From Trypanosoma brucei (Eukaryota): 64,000 nucleotides of DNA. Both the position numbers and the translations under genes were made by a program. The stretch spans positions 736,001 through 800,000 of the forward strand of contig CP000068.1 of the NCBI GenBank assembly GCA_000002445.1, given 5' to 3'. Each line of letters begins with the position of its first letter. Position 1 is the stretch's first letter. Positions 34,901-43,967 of this stretch are shown one piece after another. The notes beneath the pieces were generated by a model. It was not told where the DNA came from. It saw only the letters and a list, made by a program, of their open reading frames with translations, and made no database searches.

Positions 34901-35953
34901 CTCTCTGTTTATTGCGATACGGACGATGTCGCTATCGCCCCCATTAATGGAAGCAAGTCCGAATGGTATTGCACAACTTCTTCGGGCGAATGGGCGGGTA
35001 AACCCCTTTCTATTCAGTTAGACACAAAGGGAAGGATGGTTGCGGTTGCCAGCAGCCCAGGTTCGTTTCTCCGCGTGCGGCTTTTCAATGCCAAGGGAAA
35101 GAAGCTAGAGGGTATTGATGCGTACTGGAATGCGGAGGCGTCTGTGGAATACAAAAGTCAGGGAGCCGTTACCGTGCAAGTAGAGGGAATGGTACGTACG
35201 GAAAATGGCCAGGAACCGGCACGTGGCCTGAAAGTAGATGTGTTCATTTTTACGGAAAACAAGTGTACAGTCCAACATGTGGACTTTCCCGCTTCGCCAA
35301 GCAGTTTATTACATCCGACAAAAACAACACCTATAGAGCTTCTGCGCTACCCGGTTGAGGTGGTCGAAAACGACGCCCCCTTCGCCACTTTGGATCAGAC
35401 GGATGACGATGAGGAAGACGCAACCTGCGATGAAGATGATAGTTATGAAAGCAAGGAATTGGAGTTGAAAGAAACCCTTGAGAGGCGCAATACCGAGAAT
35501 GCCAAACTGTTGGACCGTATTGCCGAGCAACAGCGTGAACTGCAGGAACTGCGAATGCTTCAGAATATGCTACCCTCTAGTGCAACACATAATGAGAGTC
35601 CTGGTAGCGGTAGTCCTAACGACACGAGGATAAACAGTGGAATGAATCAAGTGAATTCAAAGAAGGATAACATATCGAGGAAAGGTGATAGGAATGGTGC
35701 CGCTGCCTCTTCAAATGGTTCTCCCGTGAGTTCGAAAGCCATATCCCCGTCTCATTTCCCACAAAGTGGTGGTGGAGGCGTTTCGCGGTCCATGAGGGAG
35801 GCAATTGAGCGATCACTAGTGACACTCAACCGCCTTGAGTGTCACACCGAACCTCCAAAAGCTGGGGAATGGGGTGCTATACGCAACGAGGTGAAGGAGC
35901 TCCGTAAGCTACTCGGCCTTGCCCTTAGCCAGGAAAGTCTTGTTAGAACTTAA
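31934..35953 (+). CDS. KIN-E: Kinesin-like protein with KIN-E-like architecture: N-terminal motor, ARM-like repeats, two calpain domain-III-like modules and a C-terminal coiled coil.
   Basis: Motor motifs 'RVYVRIRP', P-loop 'AYGQTGSGKTYTM', switch I 'SSRSHMIMMM' and switch II 'LNLVDLAGSER'. Later 'STFMDNPQFYLYV' and 'WRCNPQISIQPKENCRCVFVLSYL' resemble calpain domain III 'NPQF...C.FVLALMQ'. The C-terminal 'LERRNTENAKLLDRIAEQQRELQELRMLQ' is a coiled coil. Confidence 0.8.
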   Translation: MSKAAVSRPRVYVRIRPLNEREKREGNGELICHGDQRMRDTLFVRKDESGAELQTRFDCVFDRDATQANIFDTIGPEVLNTLFSGYNASIFAYGQTGSGKTYTMEGDHSKPERLGVTPRLVRAIFERFKGNPDISRPVCEVSLVQIYQEKIQDLLAGQKQLEIHMDRTGQYIARDATWTRVRSLEESMKLYKKASEMRTTSSTDMNLVSSRSHMIMMMKLQWDEPSLPGSHAQLNLVDLAGSERIALSGATGDLMKEAIHINKSLSALGNVVSKLVEQAKHKGRRVHIPYKDSKLTYLLQSSIGGSNLIHFILAVSCSALWRSETNSTIEFGKRALQLVLRPVRNAIDYTRLAEMEEMIERMRSHIASLEEALRDKSSEAAEFLKLKQIPQDGDEGPGKFSDSRGRRQRKKLKMQTELARIMANLPETFDDLTSHCVLFPESKGSFRELGGLQHLVHFVDRSASTFYRSNAAQTIASVLDDKGRDMFVEIDGVEALTRLLHIKEERCKEAACVALEAVCRGSLKNKQSLSPAVYTELVDLIYSYPNQQVQEAACTAVATIVDLYPEARRTFERLDIVPKLLETIRNTPEEVVNLIKSATNCIGRLSHGDPEMQDVIASFGGIDLLIDVLFSNAGTRDHQVPILASYALVNLCCSNEQNLDIAQDHPRYGEVKFRLLEGLARAFGVNTAREGFGRATAHETGSPFPYYGVTIVDKWSFTSSGGRPIFSTFMDNPQFYLYVSRPTDVAFMIQDVLYETRMLKKKKNNTVYMGLALFEGDPELAKAGLKQVDFHGRMVEIGKYTSNCENVLHCTLQPSEVPYVVVPFTSQRGRQTEFALSAFADSSIELTAVPEQVGWVRTVLDGCWTEFTGRGGDGFDWRCNPQISIQPKENCRCVFVLSYLSLDQQRAYSRDEEAEEQNTRPRLYGRLFTNSNGEKRYLKALVPLPQKSTFVASNSFASNSYITTSANLTAGESYTYIPFTETPYEDTWRLSVYCDTDDVAIAPINGSKSEWYCTTSSGEWAGKPLSIQLDTKGRMVAVASSPGSFLRVRLFNAKGKKLEGIDAYWNAEASVEYKSQGAVTVQVEGMVRTENGQEPARGLKVDVFIFTENKCTVQHVDFPASPSSLLHPTKTTPIELLRYPVEVVENDAPFATLDQTDDDEEDATCDEDDSYESKELELKETLERRNTENAKLLDRIAEQQRELQELRMLQNMLPSSATHNESPGSGSPNDTRINSGMNQVNSKKDNISRKGDRNGAAASSNGSPVSSKAISPSHFPQSGGGGVSRSMREAIERSLVTLNRLECHTEPPKAGEWGAIRNEVKELRKLLGLALSQESLVRT

Positions 35954-37398
35954 GGTTGGTAGAGGGATGAAGTAAACTGCGTCTCGTATATTTATTTTTT
36001 TCTGTTTTTGTTCGCGTATATAGACACAGTGGTTCACACACACACACTGACTCCGAATAAACATGCGCATCATATATATGTTTATATACGCTATGGGAAG
36101 ATGGGAAGGGTATCCGTTTGACTTAGGGTGTTTTATCTTTCGTTTTTTATATTATTTTTTTAAAAAATAGTATGTGCCAAGTGCAGGACGTTATTTCGGG
36201 GGTAATGAACGTTCTTGCGCGAAAAAAAAGTTGGGAAGGAGTAAACATTTTACATGTCACACCTCCGTCTCCGATTGTACGGCGGGGAGTGTTGTCGCCC
36301 GCATTCATTTTTCCACAGTTTTTTTTCTCTCCCGATAGAGCACAGATATACATATGTACATATATATATATATATATATATATCAAAGACATATGTGTAC
36401 TGCAGCTCGCGTCGATTTGTGTACCCCACTGAAGGGAGTGTAGATAAGGTGAGTTCTTGCGTGTTTTCTTGCTGATTTATTTTAATTTGTGTGCGAGAGG
36501 ATTTACGGTAATTTTTTCGACCGCTGAAGTGGTCGTTATTCCCCTTTCTTCGTTCTTTAACCGTTCCCTCCTTTTTTTTTGCCTAACTTTCCCTTCTTCA
36601 CGAATTTCTTAAGGGGTTTCCTCATACATGCTCGCTTTTGCTGTTTTCGTATTTACATGTACGTGTATGCACATGACGCTTTCCCCTTTTTCCTCCTTTA
36701 AACCTGAAAGAGTCCGTAGGAAGAGATGAAAGAGAGTAAGGAATAATAATTGCAACAATACAGTGAAGGAAAAGGGTAGGACGGAAGGAAAAGAGAGGGG
36801 GGGGGGTGCCTAAAAAGCGAGCAAAGAGGTAGCAACTTCTTCAAGCACTTGACATGTTAACAATACTGAGGGGAGAGGAGTACATGAGGAAAGCGGAGGG
36901 GAAGAGTGTGAACGCGTATATATATATATATATATATATTGCTAATAATGTGTTGTGGAATGTACTGGTGCATACAGTTCACTTACAACTCTCCCGTTTG
37001 CTTTTGACTTTCAACCGTTAGTTATTACCCTCGCCCAAGATGGGAAAAGTATACGTACTGGCGTGATTTTTTTGGGAGTTACAGAAAGAAACCGCGTGTA
37101 CAACCGCCGATATATTACGCTCTCTCTCTCTTTGTGTGTGTGTGTGTGTTTGTGATAAGCTTGTGCGTTCGTTTCTTTTCTTTTTGTTGTTGCAAAGGTC
37201 GTTAAGTTGCTGCGCTTTGTACTACCGCCACAGTGGCGTACGGGCTTGGGGGGAGCTACGCAACCAAAGACCCTCCGTTTTCACATTATTCACAACACTA
37301 TATTGCGGCGAAGAAATAGATAAGCGGCTGCGCACATATAGGAATATAGATATACTTAGATATATACGTTCCGTAGTCGTGTGAAATTCAAGGCGAGA

Positions 37399-40206
37399 AT
37401 GAGACACTGCCATATTATTCGGTATGATTCATTTCGGTCTGTCCGTAACGACATCGGCCATCTCTTTTCACCCTTCAAGGACGCTAAATCTCTTCAGGAA
37501 GCAATGCGTCGCCACATAATAAAGGTTCCATCGCGTTATGCAGATACACCGCGTCAGCGCATGAGTTGGTTCCGTGGTAGCATTAGTCTCATTCTCAGCG
37601 AGGCCGCCCGGCGGGGCAGTCATGCCGTGTCTCGAGCAACAATGGAATTGCTGGTGGAACAGTCAGAACAGCTACAACTGAGGGTTGTGGATCCGATGTG
37701 GGTGAAAAACGCATTCGCGACGTGCACGAATGCTGATGAAATGCGTGTGATCGAGCAAATAATTCAAAAATTCCATGATAAGCAGTGCACTGATGGTGAA
37801 ACAAAACGAGGTTTATCGCAACAACACCAGAAGGATGGTGCTCCACTACCACCAGCATTATCAAATAGTACCGGTGGCTTTGATAGTGCGGAAGGCAGTG
37901 TTTCTTTACTTGGCGACTATTCGGGGTTTGCCCTGGAGTCTCTTAGTAGGCAACGTGTGAGCAGTGTGACTGCGCCAAATACTTCGTTCTCTCGTTACTT
38001 CATTCGCCAAGGCCTCGTTGCGGATGAAGCGGAACTAATGGAACTATTTAGGGCTATGATTGGGCGTAGACCCGCAGCTTTTCGGGTACACACCTCCCAG
38101 ATGTACGGAGCCGCCACGGCGGAAATCATAAGTGGACGCCCTGGAATTGAACCACTACACTGGCTTCCAAAGGAGTGCGCTGCCTTTGTTATGCACGACT
38201 CCCCGAACGTACCGCATTCTGTGCTTCTTGCTAACCGTCAGTTGCTACATACCCTCGCCAGTGAACACCTCATTTCATTTCAGTCAACTTCAAGTATGTT
38301 GCCTGTGCTTCTTCTTGATCCCCGACCTGGAGACGCAGTTTTAGATCTCTGTGCGTCACCAGGGAACAAAACATCCCTGGTGCTTGACTACGTATCTTCA
38401 CTCAGATCCACTTCGTTACCTTCATCGAACCCACACTTTCATCACGGGTGCATTGTCGCGAACGACGTCTCACCCCCTCGGAGCCGTCAGCTGGCGCAGA
38501 GGTTACGTAATAGCAGCCCCACCGTTGCCGTCACTCAGTTTCATGGCCAGTCTTTGCCACTTGAAACTGGAGCTTCTGGAGGCAATAAATACAACAAGAT
38601 TCTCGTAGACGCACCGTGCAGTGGTGAGGGTCGCATGCAACGTGACGCCATGTCGTGGCGCATGTGGCATCCACTACGAGGATTGCAATTTATGCAAACG
38701 CAACTACGGTTGCTCCGTCGTGCGGTGAATTTGTGTTCGGTTGGGGGACACATTGTGTACTCAACGTGCACACTTAACCCTCTTGAGGATGAAGCAGTAA
38801 TCGCGGCAGTTTTACGTGATGGTGCAGTGGAGTTGGTGGAGCCTCCACGGGAATTACGGGAGAAGAGCGGTTGGCGGTTCAGCCGTGGGTTACGGCGCTG
38901 GGTTGTACCTTCTCGCGCCGGGGGGTTTCTGAATACGTTAGCTGAAGCGGAGGCAAAGGGGGAAGGCAACCCGACTACTTTGACAGATCTCTTCCCTTAC
39001 GAAGGGAACGAGAAAATTCAGTCGGCACTTGAGTCTTGCTGCTTGAGGGTGATGCCGCATTGTAATGGAGGGGCCGAAGGCTTTTTCGTTGCATTGCTGA
39101 GGAAATTACCTGTCAACCTGAATCAACTTTCGCCCACCAACCACGCCAGCAGATACGGGACCGTCAAAGTGGAAGGTACCGAGGATCCCGTGAGGGGAAA
39201 TTCATCCACAGGCGCACTTACATGTGGATCTGTATTACACACCTACGGTGTGGCCAAGCTGGCGGCGGGAAACATGTTGTTGCAAAGGCTCCTTGGCGGT
39301 TTTTTTAGCAACAATACTTGTCAGCTGGAGTTCTTTTTCTCCAAATGCAATCTTTGTGCTGCTTGGAAGGAGGGTCATGGACTCATCATCTTATCTAACG
39401 CTACGTGGTCCCATCTCGATGCAACTCCTTCTTCATTTTGCTCCAAGTCAGAGTTGTTGGAACTTGGAACAACCGTTATCGAGGCAGAAACCGGAAATTT
39501 AACTGCAGTGGGCGCATATCTTTTGCGTCCTTACGCAACATCACGTGTGCTGAAGCTCCCACTACTGCAGTTGCAATGGCTTTTGTCTAATCAGGTGTTG
39601 AAGATAAACGAGCATCAGATGGATCCAACTGTTTTGGCGCGGCGACTGGTTGCGGGTGTGGGCGGCACATCAAGTGACATTAACATGCAACAACATCAAT
39701 TAACGGTGCCTTGGGTAAGAGATATAATGAATGTTGTTGGGAAACAAGAGGGAAATTTCATCGTCTGCTACTCCCCGTCGTCGGGAGACGTTTGTGACAG
39801 CGGAAGTTTTCACAAGAGTAATGATGCCTGCGGGCTACTTTCTATCAGCATTCCCGTCATTGTGCGAAGGACACCTTCAGTAGAACTGCATTTGTCATTA
39901 TTTCATGATGCACGGCAACTCTGTAGGGCTGTGATTGGTCGTGTCCTTTCCCACAGGAAAAGAGCTGATTCACCGGATGGGGAGAAGAGCGCTCTACAAC
40001 TTGGTTCTCGTTTTAACGTGAGCGCAACTCTTGGTATTACGGACCTTGAGGGACGGCGGCTAACACCGCAAGGGCAGAAACGCAAGCTTTACAGCCCAAA
40101 CCTTTCAATATACCCCGTCACAGGGAGCGGCATGGTCGCCAGTACAGCTATCGAAGGAAATAGTGAGGGTGATCGCACAAAGGAAAAGGATTACTTCATC
40201 CTGTAG
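37399..40206 (+). CDS. NOL1/NOP2/Sun-family RNA (cytosine-C5)-methyltransferase with long N- and C-terminal extensions.
   Basis: SAM-binding 'VLDLCASPGNKTS', 'ANDVSPPRSRQLAQRL', motif IV 'ILVDAPCSGEGRM' and motif VI 'GGHIVYSTCTLNPLEDEAV'. The first ATG is at 37399. Confidence 0.85.
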   Translation: MRHCHIIRYDSFRSVRNDIGHLFSPFKDAKSLQEAMRRHIIKVPSRYADTPRQRMSWFRGSISLILSEAARRGSHAVSRATMELLVEQSEQLQLRVVDPMWVKNAFATCTNADEMRVIEQIIQKFHDKQCTDGETKRGLSQQHQKDGAPLPPALSNSTGGFDSAEGSVSLLGDYSGFALESLSRQRVSSVTAPNTSFSRYFIRQGLVADEAELMELFRAMIGRRPAAFRVHTSQMYGAATAEIISGRPGIEPLHWLPKECAAFVMHDSPNVPHSVLLANRQLLHTLASEHLISFQSTSSMLPVLLLDPRPGDAVLDLCASPGNKTSLVLDYVSSLRSTSLPSSNPHFHHGCIVANDVSPPRSRQLAQRLRNSSPTVAVTQFHGQSLPLETGASGGNKYNKILVDAPCSGEGRMQRDAMSWRMWHPLRGLQFMQTQLRLLRRAVNLCSVGGHIVYSTCTLNPLEDEAVIAAVLRDGAVELVEPPRELREKSGWRFSRGLRRWVVPSRAGGFLNTLAEAEAKGEGNPTTLTDLFPYEGNEKIQSALESCCLRVMPHCNGGAEGFFVALLRKLPVNLNQLSPTNHASRYGTVKVEGTEDPVRGNSSTGALTCGSVLHTYGVAKLAAGNMLLQRLLGGFFSNNTCQLEFFFSKCNLCAAWKEGHGLIILSNATWSHLDATPSSFCSKSELLELGTTVIEAETGNLTAVGAYLLRPYATSRVLKLPLLQLQWLLSNQVLKINEHQMDPTVLARRLVAGVGGTSSDINMQQHQLTVPWVRDIMNVVGKQEGNFIVCYSPSSGDVCDSGSFHKSNDACGLLSISIPVIVRRTPSVELHLSLFHDARQLCRAVIGRVLSHRKRADSPDGEKSALQLGSRFNVSATLGITDLEGRRLTPQGQKRKLYSPNLSIYPVTGSGMVASTAIEGNSEGDRTKEKDYFIL

Positions 40207-40680
40207 AGTCACGTAAAGTGCCATTTTTCTCTACACGCTTGTGATTTTTCGAAAACCTAAATAAACAATAACTTATTGGTGGATTCCAAGACTTCTTCAA
40301 CTATTTGACTGACCCATCTGTTTCCCACTTTATTGATATATATATATATATATATTTATTTATATTTATTTATCTGCTTCTATGTCTCGCACTCCAAATA
40401 AAATTCTGTACAGTACACAAGGGAATCTTATGGAACTAGCAAACCCCGATCCATGTTTTATTCACATGCACTGTAGACACTAGTTTCACAAAGAGACGCA
40501 CAATACCTGCAACAATGTGTAGGGATCAAACGACAAAGCAGTCTGTCATTCCCACTCACAAAGGATAAGTGGAAAAGAGAGAATGAACAAAAAAAAAATA
40601 GTGTGCAGAGGTTAAACAGCAATTATTAAAAATACGAATCTCGTTAGGAATCACCCTTATTATATGAACGTAAATATATA

Positions 40681-40792
40681 AGTCATTCCTGTGGAAAGTA
40701 CTTCTTACTGAGAATCCGAAAAGGCCATTGAGGGGAAGTGCCCTGTGGAGACACTATTGCCATGTACCGAAATCGGTTACAGTGTCATGGTG
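40681..40792. repeat. 112-bp direct repeat, copy A, ~350 bp upstream of the MATE gene.
   Basis: 'agtcattcctgtggaaagtacttcttactgagaatccgaaaaggccattgaggggaagtgccctgtggagacactattgccatgtaccgaaatcggttacagtgtcatggtg' recurs at 43738-43849 with 4 mismatches. Confidence 0.85.
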
Positions 40793-41027
40793 TTGGGTGG
40801 TGCCAAGTCGTTAAAAGTTTCATGCACTTGTGCTTTTGCCCTTTACTTTTCCATGTATGCTGTAGTATCATAGGCTGAAGGCGCTAGTTAGTGCAAAGGT
40901 GAAGGGAGGCGGTTGGTGTTGTTGCGGCACCGACATATCTCATAAGGAGGTGTGTGTCGCCTCTTAGATTGGGGCGGTGAGGTAAGAAAACTGAGGGCCA
41001 CGGAAAGAGACAGGAATACAAGGACGA

Positions 41028-42599
41028 ATGCAGACACTTTCAGCCTCTTTTGCGGCTGCTGCTGGCGTGTCGCATGAAAGTCTTCCTAGGCACGTTCCCA
41101 CCCTCACGTTGCTGAAGCGCATACTTGTCTTGACTGTGAAGTTAAGCATTGCTCAGGTTGCTCAATTTTCGCTTGGAATAACTTTGCTTGCTGTTGTTGG
41201 GAAAATTGGTGTGAGGGAGTTGGGTGGCGCTTCGCTTGCGAACGGGCTAGTGAACGCCACAGTGTTTGCATTTGGTGCCGGTTTCTCTGGAGCCCTTGAA
41301 ACTAAGCTTTCCCATACATTTAGCCGTAATCCAAAGGATAAGATGTACGGTGTCTACACTCTGCGGATGCTCATAATGCTCCTCATCACATTCGTACTAC
41401 TTTCTCCGGCTATCCTTTTCTTGGACAGAGTGCTGGTGGCCATGGGACAAGATCCAGCTGTGATTGACTTCACGGGTGAGTTCTGTCGCTTGTCGATTTG
41501 GGGTAGTTTCTTCGCCATGTTGCTAGAGCTACTGCGTCGCTACTTCGCGTGCCAGCACCTTTCCACTTCCTTCTCTGTGAGTCTTGTTATTGGCGCCGTT
41601 GTGTACCCCTTTCTCCTTATTGGACTGGTTAAAGTGATGGGATTCTCTGGTGTTGCTGTTGGGTGGTCTCTTCTCATGATATGCACTACCACTGGGTTGG
41701 TGCTTTATGTTGTTGTGACTAAAAAGTATCTCGCTACCTGGGGCGGTATTGAGGATGCAATCTACCGTAATTGGGGACCCTTACTTAAGCTTGGTCTTTC
41801 ATCAATGGCTATGATGCTCAGTGAGTGGGTCGCACTGGAGATAAACAGCATCTGCGCTGGCTTTGGCACGAAAGAGGAATTAGCTGCTTTTGGCATTACT
41901 TATCAAATGTCTGGTATTTGTTGGGCCATCACCTCTGGAACATTTATTGCTGCTTCTGTGTTAGTTGGTGGAGCAATTGGTGAGGAGAGACCGATGTTTG
42001 CTCGCCGTCTCGCCATTTTGTGTTTGGGGACTTCCGTCGCTATTTCGTTATGCAATGTTGCCATTCTTCTGGCCACTCGGAACCTATACCCGCGTATTTT
42101 TACCGACGACGAGAAGGTGGTGGAGATTGTTGGTTCCTTAATGAACTATGTGTTTGTTTATCATATTTTCGATGCGTTTCAGAGCTGCATGATGGGCGTG
42201 CTGCGTGGGTGTGGAATGCAGAAGCAAGGCGCCATTGTTATCTGTCTTGTCTACTCCGTCGTTGGTGTGCCACTGGGTCTTCTACTTTTCTTTTTCACTG
42301 GTTTTGGTATACAGGCGTTGTGGCTCGGTCCCCTTGTTGGTGCCGCTGTAGTTGGCTTTCCAACGTATCTGTACATGATGATGCGTTACATTAAGTGGGA
42401 TACGCTGAAACCATCCGTGGAAGTATATGATGGTGAGTGGGAGGAGAGTGAGGAGAGCGGTGTTTTGGAGGATGTGGCAAAGGTGAATGAACCCATTGGC
42501 GCCGAAGGTGATGTAATAACTACTTTGTCCAGTAATGCCCCTACACGTGTTACGACCAACTCTACCGAGCAGGAAGATGTGAGTCGGCGACACCAGTAA
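41028..42599 (+). CDS. MATE-family (multidrug and toxic compound extrusion) membrane transporter.
   Basis: 523 aa with ~12 predicted hydrophobic helices in a two-half (6+6) arrangement. Gly/Ala-rich helices typical of MATE ('GGASLANGLVNATVFAFGAGFSGALET') and a hydrophilic acidic C-terminal tail. Confidence 0.65.
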   Translation: MQTLSASFAAAAGVSHESLPRHVPTLTLLKRILVLTVKLSIAQVAQFSLGITLLAVVGKIGVRELGGASLANGLVNATVFAFGAGFSGALETKLSHTFSRNPKDKMYGVYTLRMLIMLLITFVLLSPAILFLDRVLVAMGQDPAVIDFTGEFCRLSIWGSFFAMLLELLRRYFACQHLSTSFSVSLVIGAVVYPFLLIGLVKVMGFSGVAVGWSLLMICTTTGLVLYVVVTKKYLATWGGIEDAIYRNWGPLLKLGLSSMAMMLSEWVALEINSICAGFGTKEELAAFGITYQMSGICWAITSGTFIAASVLVGGAIGEERPMFARRLAILCLGTSVAISLCNVAILLATRNLYPRIFTDDEKVVEIVGSLMNYVFVYHIFDAFQSCMMGVLRGCGMQKQGAIVICLVYSVVGVPLGLLLFFFTGFGIQALWLGPLVGAAVVGFPTYLYMMMRYIKWDTLKPSVEVYDGEWEESEESGVLEDVAKVNEPIGAEGDVITTLSSNAPTRVTTNSTEQEDVSRRHQ

Positions 42600-43737
42600 G
42601 GAGCGTATGTGCAGAACCTTCACATTATTTAGTCTAAAGCAGCCTCATGTCGGCGTACTGTTGCTACCGTTGGTGTTAACTGTACAGATCCGGACGACGA
42701 TGGAGTAGTGGTTTAGGAAGTTTTGGTCGTAATGTGAAAGGATTCGAGAAGGTAATCTGAGTAAATAGTGGATTGAGTCTGAAATGTGGCAGCTACTGGG
42801 GTTGTTAACGGAAGTACGTAATATTCTCCGACTCATGGAGCCATATTCAATGGTGAGTTATTATTAATTATTTTTTAGTAGTAGTTGTTATGTTGTGGGC
42901 AAGGAATTTATCGTTATCGCACATCATATATTTTTTACTATTTTTTAAAAATTTCTTTTCTTAGTATGTGGCAGGCAGCCCTTGTTAATTAAGGTGCCTG
43001 TTGCTGCATTGGTGTCTTCCTTTCTTACAGTCACTTACTCTTTGCAGTCTCCGTAGACGTTTTGTGAGATTTTTTGATTGCTGTGGTAATTGTAGCCGAC
43101 ACAATTCTTACGTTACCACATACATTTACACTACCAGGGTCATTACTTTATTTTCTCCCCCAATTTGCCACTGCTGTATTCATTTTTTTTTCTTCTAACT
43201 CTGATCTGATAGTGATAGACATAAGCCACCAGGAGTTGATATTTTCCTCTATGACCCCACCCATTTCGGCATACAAAGTGTATGTGGTTGAATGGGATGT
43301 GTGATGCGATGTGTCAGTCACGATTGTAGTGCTCGACGTTAAGAGCGCATCAGGTGAATCCGGAAGTGATGATGCTACCCCGTATATTCCAATAATATAA
43401 TTTGTTATTCTTTTTAGTTATGAGATAGTTTTTCTAACATTAGATGGTGCCTGCAGCGTGACGCGGCAACTGCTGTACTGTTTTTGTATGTTGGCAAGGT
43501 TGTTATAAAGGGTATGTCCCAGGGTGGGGGTATGCTTGTATTGGTGTAAATGACTCTCAATAACTGAGACGCAAAAGTGGAATGTAATTCACGACCCATC
43601 GCAGTTCCATATTGAATTTGTTGCTTTTACTACTGTCGTACCGACGCAGTGTTGTTGTCGTAGTGAGTCATTGTTGCATGTGGTTGAATACTTTCATATA
43701 ATAACCACTGTGATGATGTGGTGCCCCTAAGGTTAAG

Positions 43738-43849
43738 AGTCATTGCTGTGGAAAGTACTTCTTACTGAGAATCCGAAAAGGCCATTGAGGGGAATTGCCC
43801 TGTGGAGACACTATTGCCATGTACTGAAATCGGTTACAGTGTCATGGTA
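43738..43849. repeat. 112-bp direct repeat, copy B, ~1.1 kb downstream of the MATE gene.
   Basis: ~96% identical to 40681-40792. Confidence 0.85.
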
Positions 43850-43967
43850 CTGTATGAATCTCTTTACGTTGTTATTTCGAGTTTGTTGGAAACAATGAAG
43901 ACTTTTTTTTGTTGTGGTTGGTTTTTTAACGGAAGGTGTCGAGCGTTTAGGTTGATAGAAGGGCCAC

